DNA of 64,000 nt, taken from contig DF237317.1 in NCBI GenBank assembly GCA_000708835.1, positions 28,282 to 92,281 of the forward strand, in the 5' to 3' direction. The position numbers were made by a program, and so were the translations under genes. Every line of letters begins with the position of its first letter. The stretch's first letter is position 1. Origin of the DNA: Klebsormidium nitens. Its lineage: Eukaryota > Plantae > Klebsormidiophyceae. The notes beneath the pieces were generated by a model. The model was not told the origin of the DNA. It was given only the letters and a program-made list of their open reading frames with translations, and made no database searches. This document shows positions 12,218-25,420 of this stretch, one piece after another.

Positions 12218-15200
12218 CTAAAGTTTCGCAGTGGGCGCGTTTTTGGCGGCCGCCTCTGCGAGCATCTTTTCGAGCTCAAACTCGAGCTCCTCGCCCTCCG
12301 GCAGCGGAGATGCGTACCACGCGACTTCGCCGGCCTTCACCTCCGTCAAAGCTTTGGGTTGCCACTGCACGTACAAAGACGACGGTCACCTTCTTTGATC
12401 ACGTGGTCTCAAAAGATCAATGCGAGAAGCACACGACAAGCCCTCCTGCATCCCGACAAGCACGTCTTGCAGCATTCATACAGCCACGCCCTCTTGCAAC
12501 CGCCAGCGGCTACTCCTGGCCACAATGGGCCACGCGCGTGCACCCCGGCGTACCTTCGGTTTCATGTCCTTGTCCACCAGCATCGCGCGCACACCCTGCA
12601 TCAAAGCGCAGCAGCGCTACTGTTAGGACAAGTCACAAAGATGGCACACTCACACGAAGCCACGGGTTCGCGACTAAGGTGATCACCCGGCTCTGGCAGG
12701 CAAAGAACGCGCCGGTAACACAAGAGACAAAAACCAAGCGCAGCCAAACAACGGCAGGGGCTGCAAATGTTGGTCTGAAGACAGTAGGGGCCGTCACCTC
12801 GTAGAAGTCGGGCTTCTCCAGGCAGCGGTAGGTCAGCCGGAACTCGGTTTTCAGCGCCTTGCTTAATGTCAACGACCTGCCCCGCTCGATCTGCACACGG
12901 AACAAGAGGGTCACATCTCTAAAGGGTCCACCTTCGAAGCCCAAAAAATCAACGAGCAGCTCCCGCCTAGCCAAGCTGTCGGCCTTTCGAAGGCTTATGC
13001 CACTTTTGAGATGTATTCGTAGCCCTCCTCCGAGCGTCGACGTCACCTTTCAAGTTGGAATTGACCGGCACAGACACAAGTCATGAGTGTGCGAACCGGA
13101 GGCTTGGTCCGGGAGCAAATGCGCTTACCGATCGATGCGTGATTTTGAGGCTGGTGGGCGAGGCTTTTTGCATGGAGGCCAGAATGTCCTCGACCCACTT
13201 GTTGCCCGGCTCCCGTGCGGCCTTCCTCTGACGGGGGGCAACGGCAAACGGTCAGACAAGTCCGCAAACACAGAGATGTACGCTGTCCAAAAATGAGAAT
13301 CTTAAGCGCAAAAGATGGTTAAATCGAATAGGACAACGGCTGCAGGGCGGTCCGAGTCTGGCCCAAGAACTTCCAGCCAAAATCCTTTGCTAGAAAAGAG
13401 CACCAGGTTGCCCAGCAATTCGAAGACGCTCAAGACGACGAAGCAGCCTCACGCAGACTGTCACCGCAGCCCACTGGAGTAAACGCCACCGGAGGGGAAA
13501 GACCAACCGCACTTGCAAGATGAAGCAGATAAAGAGACGACGACATCTCTGCAACGAGAAAGGACACAAGCACAGTGGAGGCGGTGCGCTTGGCCTCACC
13601 AGCGCGCCGATGATGTGCTCCACGCTGTAGTTGGCGAAGCACTCGTCGATTACTTTTCGCCTGCATCATCACCGGGGCCACCGTCAGCGTCAAGACATGC
13701 GCCCCCAGATACTGGCACGTCCTAGCTTTGCAGCCCAGCTGGCCGGCCGTCACCCCCCCTGAGGTCGCGGCCGAACAAAACCAGACAGGACAGCCCTGCT
13801 CAAAGCTGGGCGCCTGCCACGATGCGACCTGGGCGTTTGCGCTAACGTCAACGTCTAGACTGAGGGTGGCGTCACCTTGCGAGGATGCTGACGTTGGGGT
13901 CGGCCTGGTCAACCGTGGGCCGCTCCGTGATCTCGTACAGCACGCTCTCGATGCCGTCCCGGCTGAAGTCGCGCAGCGCGCCAAGCCGCTCGATCAGCAA
14001 CGGCAGCCGCTGCAACACCGCACTCAAAAGCTCAACACACGATAGCAGGAAGCGCCGTCTATTCTTACCATAGACAAGAACAGGCTCGTCCCCGGCCATC
14101 CTCTGATACTCCCACCGTCCTCGGGCTTAGATTTCATCGCCGCATCCTCAATCTACCCAACATGCCCGGAATGCTAGCAAGGTGATGAGAATGCGCTTGG
14201 TTTCGAGCAGTTCGACTTTGTGGTGCGTACTTCTGAGGGCATCCAGTGCGTGGCCAGGCCGAGCGCCACCATGTTGGCGCCGTCCAGGCGGGCGCCCGTC
14301 AACGCCAGGTACATGCCTGCACCAGAGGACGCCAGCCGGGGTCAACGAGGGGCAAGCAACGATAAAGGGGGGCCATAACTGGGTAAAAGAGTGTTACCAA
14401 CAATCAGCCCAGCGTTTCTAGTCGATGACAAACTTGCTGATGGATGTAGATCGCAAAACGAGTAGTTTCTCAAGAGAACACAATGCGTACAGCAGCTATG
14501 GCTCGGAAACTACCAGGAATGACGTATGTAACGCTCTTGCAAACGTGCGAACGCCAGTCGGGCGCACAAAGGCCAAAGCCTCCGGTTCTCGGACTCCTGG
14601 ATAGACAAAGATTTGTCGCCTCACCAATGGAGCTATCTCGGAGGAGTGGACTTCGGTGGTTGAGGAACCACGAGGCGCCAACGTCGGGGTGCAGACCAAT
14701 CGCACACTCCGGCATGGCGCAGACCTGCGGGTAGGGTCACGACGAGATTGAGAGGACTGAGCAGAGTCGGACCAAGGCAGCAAGAGCCTAGGACGGGCGG
14801 GCTGACTGCACATGTGCATCACCGCGACACCCAAATGGCAGATACAAGCGATGGAACATGCAACCTGGATGGCCTCAGAGCGCGCGGCGGGTGCATTGCC
14901 TTACCGTGTTCTCCGTGGCGATCCGGATGGGCCCGTTGATCGACACGCCGCACCCGCCCCCCATGGTCACGCCGTCCATCCAGGCAATCTGAAACACAGG
15001 GCAAACAGATCGTTGGTGACCTCAGGCTCAATGATATACAACCTGAAGAAGGAAACGAATTCGTCAGAGAAAGATCGAAACAAGGACTACGTTTGAGGTG
15101 TCTTTGACGTGCCGGCTTGGGTAGCTGCAGTCACTACAAGCCACTCACACTGGCAAAACAGATCTTTGGCGACCTCTGGCTTGATGATATGAAACCTGAA

Positions 15201-16651
15201 GAACGAACGAGTTCGTCAGAGAAGCCCGAAACCAGGACAATATTCAAGGTGTCACTGGCATGCCGGCTAGGGTGGCTGCAATCAGTCCAACCCACTCACC
15301 ACCGGCTTCTGCATCTCCGCCAGGAAGTTGTTGACGTTGTACTCCCACCGGAAGAACTGCTTGCACTCTTCGTGCCGCCCTGCAATGGCAAGATGACTGT
15401 TACCCTCCGGTTGTAATCTGAGAGGGGCAGCAAATCGCATGCGACTACTAGCAGCTTCCGTCCAGCGCTAGAACCGGAACCACGAAGTCCTGTCAATGAT
15501 ATCACCACGAGAGCAACGCACTTGACAAAGGCCTTCAGAATACTCGCTGGAAACCAGGGGAGAATGAGTTTACAAGAGGCAGGGTTAAGTTAAGTAACAC
15601 CACTCACCAGCCTTTCCCATCTCGTACACTGCGCGCACATCTCCCCCCGCACAGTAGGCCCGCCCAGGGGGACCGGCTCCCTGTGCAGGAGACAAGTGTT
15701 TCGAGCGGGGCCCCTCTAAAGCTAAAAGGCCGCGCATCATATTGAAGATGTTGAGGATCTGTCACTTCCTGAAAGCAAGCGCTGTTAAATGCATGCCGCT
15801 GGGATCAACAGGTTATAAGAGCTGGTTTTGAATCCAAGAGTGTACTATCCGCCTACATGAGTGGTGTCCTCACCTTCAGGATGATGACACGAGCGTGAGG
15901 CCGGGCTTCCCAATTTCGCAAGGTCCTGGCCAACTGTTTCATCTGCATGGTAAGAAGCAAATTTCGAAACAATCCATGGGAAAACTGAGAACCCCCAGCT
16001 TGGTCTCACAATGTGCGATTATAAACCTCTGGCTGTCAGCAATATCGATGTGGGCCTAGTGGCTCCGGCTTCTTACCATGGGGGTATTGAGAGCGTTGAG
16101 AGCCTTCGGTCGGTTCAGAGTTACTACTCGCACAGGTCCAAACGCCTCTTCCAGTACCTGGCACAGCAAGCGGAGGAAGAAGCTGTCTTTTCTTTTCTAG
16201 TCAATCTGGTTGAAAACCACCTAAGCTCCCAGAATTCACCACCTAGCTTGCTTCCTTGAAATTGTTTTCTAATGTTGAGTCTGAATCACCGGAAGATCAG
16301 CAGAGAGCCCGCTGCCCAAAATGCAACAATCTGAACAACTTGAGTATCTGCATGCCACCCAAGTTTTCTCAGTTTTGGAGGCGCATAGAAGCACAGAGCC
16401 ACCTTCAGAATCCTCACCTCAGGCTCTGCCGCGGACGCCATGGGTGCTCTTTGATTTGGCAGGTCTGGTTTCACTTCAACCCCTGCGGGGGCGTGCGCAA
16501 TTGTGCGACACCCGTCTAACAGACCCCAGTTGCTGCTTGGCCAACCTTCTTTCAAAAGTTCACCTGACGGTAGAATTGACCTACTTGAAAAAGTGAACGT
16601 TGTTCTCAGCTGTGACACCAGGGAGCGAGGAGCCACCTGATGCCAATGCAT
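12218..16651 (-). CDS. HIBCH: 3-hydroxyisobutyryl-CoA hydrolase (enoyl-CoA hydratase fold), CHY1/HIBCH-like, with C-terminal PTS1 AKL
   Basis: Exons: MASAAEPE (ATG 16441) | [27 protein letters not shown] | KQLAR...RVIILK | [10 protein letters not shown] | FFRWEYNVN | [16 protein letters not shown] | [18 protein letters not shown] | ...DFYE | [14 protein letters not shown] | WQPKAL...NAPTAKL* (TAG 12220-12218). An upstream in-frame ATG lies at 16651. Confidence 0.92.
15002..15299 (-). repeat. Diverged tandem duplication (about 153-bp unit) filling one HIBCH intron
   Basis: 15002-15154 and 15155-15299 align along their length (aaacagatc..tgg.gacctc.ggct..atgatat..aacctgaagaa...ttcgtcagaga...gaaac.aggac...aggtgtc...tgccggct.gggt.gctgca.tca...aa.ccactcac). 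Confidence 0.85.
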
Positions 16652-17709
16652 CACTGCAAACGACAACCTACGTCTGCCGGCAGCTAAAAGCCAGCCGTGC
16701 AGGAATCAGTGTGGGGTCAGCACACCGTCAAATGCAGCTGCACCACCGCAGATACCACGACTGATGCACAGAACCTTTCACAGCCACTCTTGTGTAACAC
16801 CGTGCACGACCTCAAACACCACCACCACCAACTTGATCATCAGAGGCTGGGCAAAACTCAAATGCTTAAAGGGGACTCGAATTTGAGAAGCTCCCTGCCT
16901 CATCCCTTGACATTGCCTACGCTTTCTATGTATGTACAGCTAGAGAGCGACACCTAGAAATTCAGCATGGCACTTTCAACCAGGCTGAGGTAGCACATGG
17001 TGGCATGAAGTGCTGCAGCTTCCGAAGTGCACTCAACTAGAAACTCTACCGGAAAACTCGGACCGATTGGCAGCAGTCCAGTAACAGGATATCTATTGGC
17101 TGGCTACAGTAGCAGCGCACACCAACATTGTCGACTCTACTGAAAAGGTAGTCACCTCGTTCCTCAGGCTCTATCTCGTGACTTTTGAAGGGCGTCATGC
17201 GCGTTGAGTTTGGCAGAGGCGTCGGCGGCTTAAGCTTAAGCCTAAGGCGCTTGCTTCGGAAAACAAGCAAGAGTGATTGTTACTGTGAACAAAGACGTTG
17301 AGTTTGGCTGTTAGATTTGGCGCGCCAGGCCCGTGCTCTTGCAGAAAGGATGGTACGGCGATTGGGCGAGTCTTGAAACGGAATGCTCCTTGAGCCAGGG
17401 CTGGTGAGGCATTGCCCTGATGTTCTGAAGACTCTGAATAGTACCAATTGATAGGTCAGGGATTTGAGCAGGAGCTATCCAGTTATCTTCTCTAATATAT
17501 CATTTGAGGGCAAGTGATCCAGCTGATCCAAGCAGTGTAAAAACAGTGACGAAAGGAGTCAGCACCACCGTTGATCTTTGTGCATCACTGAGAAGGTGGG
17601 TGTTTATTAAAGTCGTCCAATGCAGCAAATTATGAGGCTGCCCTTGGACGACCGTGCTCATTGAGATTGAGAAGGGAAGGGAAATCTGTCGGCGGAGGCG
17701 TGAGTGGCT

Positions 17710-20700
17710 ATGAGTGCCCCAGGGAGACCTCGCAAAGAGCGCAGGGTCAGCTATGTCATTGGCCAAGCGCACGAGAATCAGGTGATGCTCGCGGCTTTTT
17801 GCTAAGCATCGCAAGCGGGGGGAAGGAGCTCTGTGGGTCTAGAAAGTGCTTTTGTTTATGAGGTGGTGAGGATGACTTGTTGAAAAGTTTTGCTTCGGAA
17901 TTCATCATCTAAAAGTGCTTCCGATGTCAGCTGTGGCAAAATGAGTGCAACAGTAGACCACCGATCAGGAGGACACACTATCCACTCTTTGCCCCTAGGA
18001 ATTGTCAGCGGCTAGGGGTTGATTGCAAAATGCATGGGAGAGCATGATGCCGTTCTCAACACAGATTGTCACCGTGCCCTCCTAGAGTCGCTTATGCCTG
18101 GGGTTTGTTTGCCTAAAGTGACTCGCAGTTGATGTGAGAAATATGTGTAAGACCTTTCGATCTGCGCCAAGGTATCTGTTCATTAATCCTTGGTTCGAAG
18201 CTCGGCAGATGCAAGACGAGGTAAACTCTGTGGCGTCAGTGCAAGGTACGTGGACATGAAAATCATCCCAACGGAGGGAAGTCCTCTCTTTCAGACCCTC
18301 ATCCTGTTAAGTATTTGCCTTCCTTCTCCTCCCCTGAATTGTCGCTCATTCTCTTGCAGCACTGCTCGGGTGTCACCGCGTTGCTCGATAAAGTTCCCGC
18401 GGCTGGGGGCGGACACACCCTGTTCAGCGCCGGAAGAGATGGGACAGTTCGCCGGTGGCAGGACGCAGATGGTGCCAATCCGACTTGGAGCGCAACGTTC
18501 GAAGCGCACACCGACTGGGTAAGCCCCTTGCAACTGACCTTTTCATCCCAGCTTGGAGAGAACATTCAGCATATAACCTTGATGAGGGGCCGCCGACTCG
18601 CTCTTGTTCTTCTGGGTGCTTTCTAGCAAACGCGTGCGCTTGAAGGGCGTGAGTCGACCGCGTGTGGCCTGCCTGCAGGTGAATGACATTGCGCTGGTGG
18701 GCGAGGACCGTCTGGTGTCGGCGTCCTCTGACACCACCATCAAGGTGAGCGGCCCGCGCCAGGCAGCACTCGTATGCATCTATCGTAGCTAGTGCACGAG
18801 TGGGCACTCTCAAGCATGATTCCCCGAGTGATGGCCTTTGCTCACTGCCCCTTTGGCCTGCAGGTTTGGAACGCATCCTCCTCGGGGGAATGCTTGCAGA
18901 CCTTTCGCGAGCATTCCGACTACGTGACATCCTTGGCTGCGGCGAAGCAGGTGAGGGCTCAGCCCCACTCTCAAGGAATGCCCAAAAGAGTCACGCCCAC
19001 GCCCAGTGCAGCGCCCATCGCTATCAATTCAGTCAACCAACTATCGCCTCCTCTTTAACCACGCCATCTGCAGGGAGCCTTGGTCTCTGCGGATCAGATT
19101 TTCCCCACGCTTGTTGTGAGATCCTTTCAATTTTCTTGCCTACCAGGTTCCTGTAGTTGCCTCGGCTGGGCTTGGGTGTGAGGTATTTGTTTGGGACCTC
19201 GAAGCGGCCCTTCGCCCGGTTGTGCGGGCTGCCCCGGACCCTGCCCCTTCGCCCCTCCCTGCGGTCCCTGCCCCTGGGCTGGCGTCCTCCACTCGCACCG
19301 CCCCCCCTTTGGCGCGCACCAGCAGTGCCCCTACCCCAGGCCCTCTCGCTGGCTCCCTGCATGGTTCCGGTGAGCCAGGCGCACGCAGGGCGACCCTGGC
19401 CTCCAAGATCCTGCATGTTCTGCATGGGGGGTCTACTCCCCTTCTATGACACGCTAGACTGCTTCTGACTTCAGCTTTCGTCAAAATGAAAAGGGGGTGG
19501 ACAGTCTGCAATTTGTGCTTCGAGGTAGTGTTTCTTAGCTTTTCTGAGTGTTCTCTTCTAAGCCTGGTCTGGTGCATACTCAGGTGCTGTCCCGGCTCTG
19601 GAGGGGCCGCGCCTGAGCAGCAGTGGGAGCGCGGCAGGGGCCAGCGGCAGCGGCGAGGGGTACCGGCCCGTGGCGTGCAAGGGGCACAAGCAGTCGGTGT
19701 ATGCGCTGGCCATCAACGAGGCAGGCACCCTGCTGGTCTCGGGCTCCACCGAAAACGTGAGCGTGGAACCCGCTTCTCTGCGAAACCCACTTTCTCGTCT
19801 CCAACCTGCTTCTCGTACGGATGTGTCTCGATAAAAGTGGTGGAAAGGGCGAGCGAGAGGTGCTGTCCTGCGGGCAAAGAGTTGCGCATAGCACCCATTG
19901 TCTGGGCAGCCTGAAGACGACCCGTTTTCAGGGGGGGCTGATAATGGGACATGTGCGCAGGCGATCCGTGTGTGGGACCCCCGCAGTGGCCAGAAGCAGT
20001 TCAAGCTGCGGGGCCACACCGACAACGTGCGTGCGCTCGTGCTGGATCCTTCCGGCAAGTTCTGCCTCTCAGGCTCCTCAGACGCCATCATCAGGTGAGG
20101 CGGCCGCAGCGCAGGATCGAAAAAGCGTGGACATCTCATTGGACTCTGCTTTTGGCTATCACCTGGGTAGTTCTATGATTGAACGACGATACCTTCACTG
20201 CCAGATTGAAGGCTGCAGAGCGTTGGGAATGTTAGCTTGCGCAAGAATATGACAGAACTTGGGATTCCTTGCTTAGGCTTTGATATGCTGGTGTGTCGAA
20301 GATAAGTATGCAAGAGTCTCCCGATTGGGCTGCCAAATCAAGGCAGCTGTTCTGCGTATATGAAAGTCACGGCTGATGCAGCTTGCCTGTCAACCACCAC
20401 CAGCATGGGTTTGACGCTTTGTGCTCAACAGATGTTACCTCGCCGTTGTGCGCGCAGGTTGTGGGACTTGGGCCAGCAGCGGTGCATCCACTCGTACGCG
20501 GTGCACACCGACTCGGTGTGGGCGCTGGCCGCCAACTCCGCCTTTGACCACGTCTTCAGTGGGGGCCGGGACGGTTGTGTGAGCCCGCCACTCCGTGTCG
20601 CTGACCTGCGCTCTCAGGGTCTTCGAAAGAGCTTGTCGGATCGACGTGTCTTGTCTTCTGCGCCCGCATGTCTTGATCTGTAGGCAGTCCCTTGTTCCCT

Positions 20701-23700
20701 TCTGCCCGTGGCCGTTTCCATGGCCGTGCCGTCTGCTGCAGCTCTCGGCCTCGCTGATCCACCCCCACCAGCAATTCCCCCGCACAGCGGTGCTTGTCCC
20801 AAGGCCGCTCGCTGATCCCCATGTTGTGCGCAGATATATTCGACGGACTTGTCGTCCCGCGAGAGCGTGCTGCTGGCGGTCGAGCCGCAGCCCGTTCTGG
20901 CCATTGCGCTGGCGGAGCGCGCCCCGTCCCCGCCATCTCTCTGGGCCTCCACCCCCGCCAGCGACCTCCACCGCTGGCCCGCCGCCAGCCCCGCGGGGGC
21001 CCCCTCGGCGGTGCGCCGTGCCTCCTCCTTCGTGGCGGGCAGCCTCGCCATCACCCGCGCGAGGGCCTCCGTTGACGGGTCGGCAGCCCCAGTACGTACC
21101 ACCAGCTACGAGCTCCCCCGAGGAGGGCTTGACTTGATATCTGCTTTTTCGGAGATGTCTGTCTCAGTGGGGTGGCAGAGGATCGTTCCTAGAGAACAGA
21201 TACAATTGATTCTGCAGACACCTCAGTAGGTTTTATTATTCAATTCGGAAGCAAAACTTGCAGCCCGGCCCTCCCCCCCATTCATTGGCTTGCCCCGTCG
21301 ACAAATCCAGCTTGCTCAGTATGCGGAGCCCAGCCCTGCCGTGCCGCTGACAGCTGTTTGCCGTCTTTCGCAGGTGCCGGTGGCGAGTCGTCCCCTGGCC
21401 ACCATCGCGGGCAGCCCCGCCATCGTGCAGCACGCGGTGCTCAACGACCGCCGCCACGTCCTCACCAAGGTACCGCCCCTCCTCGCGCTCCAGAGAGCTC
21501 GCTCGAAACTGGGATCAGAAACGCCGTGTCAGTCAGAGTCTGCTTAAGCAAGGCTGGCAGCCAAGAAGAGTGCTGCCGGTTTCCGATTTGCATCTTCAGG
21601 GGACCCGGTCTTTGCCTTAAGGGGGTGAACGGGTGAACGGGTGACACGGGTGTCGCTGAGGGCTGACTGCGTGGCTGTGCGGGGTGATGCAGGACAGTGC
21701 GGGCGAGGTGCAGCTGTGGGAGTTGACGCGCGGCCAGGTGGAGCAAAGCTACGGCCAGGTGGGCGCCGATCCACACGCGGTGCAGCCGCTCTCGAGTGAT
21801 CCCCCGTTTTGTAACTGTGTGGGTTGTTATGATATGCCAACGCGTTGAACGACAGATGCTGACCAGCTGCGCTCCCTCGTTGGTTGCAGGTTGACTTTGA
21901 GCAGAAGGAGAAGGAGCTCTTTGAGATGGTGAGCAACGGCCCCACCACTGCTCCGCTCTGGATGTGCCATCTTCAGATGCAGCTCTCATATCAACACTCT
22001 CGCAAACCTCCTTTGTGACATTGTTTGCCCCCTCTAGTTGCTGCCGTGCCGCCTCCTGGTCTAATGGGGTGTGTCGTGGCGGCGGTGCAGGTGTCGGTGG
22101 CGTCGTGGTTCACGATGGACACGCGGCTGGGCAGCATCAGCGTGCACCTGGAGACGCCGCAGTGCTTCGCGGCCGAGATGTACGCAACCGACCTCGCAAT
22201 GCCCAACGTGTCCGACGATCTGAAGGTGAAGCACGGGCGCTCATACCAGCCACTCTGGTACCGCGTGTGATTTTTGGGGGCATAAAGAAAGCACACGTCG
22301 AAACATGAGCGGCTTCAGGATGGCATCGCATCGTGTATCTGCGGGGTTGGGCAAGCCTTTGGCCAAAACGTTGCTTTATACTGGACAGAAAGTCATGTTA
22401 CCTGGGTGGCAAAGGCTTACTTGCCTAAGGTCCTGGCCACAATCCTGGCCACAATTCCCCCTTGGTACTTTTGCAGAACATGAAATGACTCCGCTCAAAG
22501 CGGACTACAGTTGAGGTTGGACTTCGATTGTCCCTCCTCTAAAAGTAGCACCACTTGCTGTCAACGGAAGGGTGCAGTCCCTGCCCTGCCCTCCTTGCAC
22601 CAGAAGGCTCCGTTTCCTGACGTCCTCCTGTTTGCGCGTTGCAGCTCAACCTGGGCGAGTACACCCTGCGCGGTCTCTTCTCCCATTGGCTGGCCGGCCG
22701 GCGCGAGCGCGAGAAGCGGCAGCCGCCCCCCGACCCTGCCCCCCAGGACAGCCCGTCCGCGCCTGGGGACTCCCCCGGTCCCCCCACCCCCGACCCCCAG
22801 GACCGCCGCCAGTCGGATAGCCAGCCCGAGGCGGGCCCGGCGAGCCTGCCCCCAGCCTTCCAGTTCTCGAGTGCCGCGCCGCCGTCCATCATGACGGAGG
22901 GCGCGGAGGGGGGCCCCTGGCGGCGGCGCGCCACAGAGCTGACGGGGGACGAGGGCGACGAGAGCATACCAGGCTGGGCTAGGGAGGCGCTTCATGGGAA
23001 ACTGCCGCAGCGGGACCAGGCCAAGTGAGCAAAGCCAAGCGACCGGAGCCGCCAGGATCATGGCACGTGCAAGCTGCAATGCATAGTCTGTGTTTGGATC
23101 GGCACTGGCTACGTGCAGGGCTGTGGCAGAAATAAGAAGAGTGTTGTAGCTTTTCCTGGTTGCTGCGAGAGCGGGCTGAGTAGGCATGCCTTTCCGGTGC
23201 CTGTTGTGTACTGAAGCGTTCTCTGGTGTGCCCCGCTGCCAGGTGCAGCTTCCACCTGGTGCCCGTGGAGGGGTCCGGCCTCAAAGCCTTGACGCAGGGC
23301 AAGCTCAGCGCGCCGCGAATACTCCGGGTACACAAGGTCAGCCACTGGCACTGCCGCCTGGCCTGCCGCCCTGAGCCGGCTCTCGCACGATTTGGAGCAT
23401 GCCGCCACTTGTGCACCTCCATGCGTAAGTACCAGTCTGCCGAAATGCATCTTTCTCGTTCTTGATACGGTCGTTGCTGATTACAGCTTTCTCTGTCGCA
23501 GGTAACGAACTACGTGATTGAGCGGTTGCAGCTAGACGTGCCGTCGGCATTGTCAGATTCAGGGCCGCCGGACGCGCATCCCGGCGGAGCCTCCAGCAAT
23601 GGAAGCGTCGACACGGGGCAGCCGGAGAGAGCGCCCACAAAGTCGACGCGGGTGGAGATACTATGTAACGATCAGGTGAGGGATGCATACGCGGGGCTGC

Positions 23701-23938
23701 CTGTGGCACACCACCGAACGGTCCTCGGCAGGAAGCCGTGGAGCGGAAGGTCCGCGTGTTCGTGATTTGCGAGGAACATTGTGAGACGATCGAAGGAACG
23801 CCAATCAAGTGCCTGAATGATCGGTACGTTCCGCAGGTACTTAAGCCGGAGTGGAGCCTCGCAACAGTGAAGGCCTATGTCTGGAAGAAGCCTGAAGATC
23901 TCCTTCTTCAGTATCGCACGGTTGTTGTTGCAGCCTAG
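17710..23938 (+). CDS. WDR48: WD40-repeat protein WDR48/UAF1 (plant LRS1-like), deubiquitinase activator with C-terminal DUF3337 ubiquitin-like region
   Basis: First exon [24 protein letters not shown], then [151 protein letters not shown], ending [30 protein letters not shown]. Confidence 0.93.
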
Positions 23939-25420
23939 AGATACGGCTATGGAACAGGGCGGGTCATCACCAAGTGACCCTCCGCCAATGTAAATGTTGG
24001 GCAGTTGTACTTATGTTTATAGAGTCCATCCGGAACGTCAAGCTGCAGCACCTGCTGCATTGCTTCCGGTTGAATGCAACTTCATGTTTGGAAGTTTGCG
24101 GGCACCTGCCGCGGCAGTCCCGCATTCCCGCCGTGCACAATTGAAGGCGGCACTGTGAGATTTGTGACGCCTCGGTGACCAATCCGGCCGGTTGTGAAAG
24201 GTGATACCATGTGAACAGATTTGCGACATAACATGCTGGAAGGGGTCAGGCGCAGGGTAACGTGGTAAGAGGCCACTATGATATGGTGTAAGATCTCGTG
24301 ACATCTGTGTAACTGAGCTGCCGCACGGTTGCACTCTTTATCATGGATCCTTATGTAAGGATTCGACCATATTCTACCGCCAACCATTGCGCAGGCTATG
24401 TCTTGGTCGCACGGCCAGCTCCTTGCAAGCTGTCTCTTGCAGCCGCATATGATTGTAAGGTCCCATGTGCCTTAACATTAATAATAGTTATATAGCTGAT
24501 CTGCGGCATACAGCCGGACAAGGCACAGGCTGCAGCACATCTATTTGCAACCGCGCGAAGTTCTGGCTCGCAGATCCGTTGTGCGCTTGACATCTATATA
24601 TGTACGGTTAACGTTATCTTTTCATATCCCTTCAAGCATACGCGTCATATTGCAAAGTATTTTGACCATATTGCACATGCATGCAACACAACGCACATTG
24701 AGTCTCTGCATATGTGCAGATTAAGTAATCCGGGCATCTTAATTGCACATGCATGCGACGTACGTTTCTCACTTGCGTGGCGTGCATGCGATCAAATTCT
24801 GGCAAGCCTTGCAGTGGCTGATTCTTGCTCACAGGAGCATACATAGAGTCATAACTTATAAGCATGCACTTCGACCGGCGGCTTCGATACACATTGCACG
24901 TGTGCAATTTTGTTTGAAGCTTGTTGACGGCAAGATTGTGTATCGATGATTACCATTGTAAAGCAGCGCTGAAAGCTCTGCATGCAGCGCATGACATACA
25001 AACATGATCGACGTGCCCGTGCCAACGAAGGGTAAAGACAAAACATTGCTGCAACACAAAAGCTTTCCGATCTTGACTTTGTGGGGCCTGCAGTGTCCAT
25101 GTCTGCATTGGGCTTCCCGATTCCACAGAGACCTTCCAACGCCCCCTGAAGTTAGTGCAGAGAGCGCACAAGGCCGAAAGATACAATAGACAACTACAGT
25201 CCTCGTACCCTGTTTCTCCACCTCCCTATCAACCTTGGTAGAGCTGCCAATAAGGTGTCTCAAATATGATCTCGAGACGCCTCCGCGTAACCATTGCCGT
25301 ACAAAGAATGATGTTTCTCAATGAACAAGTAAGACTCATCGGATAAGCCGCAGCACGCAAGAAACTCGCTATTCGCTAGGTAAGCTAGCATACCTCTGTC
25401 ATAGCCGTGCACGCATACGG

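Noticed and set aside
1374-23938. Functional cluster of two WD40 genes (WDR83 and WDR48)
   Set aside because: WD40 genes are abundant, the two act in unrelated pathways and are not close paralogs.
24355-24385. ggattcga...accgcca resembling a tRNA T-arm and 3' end
   Set aside because: No cloverleaf, D-arm or acceptor-stem pairing could be built.
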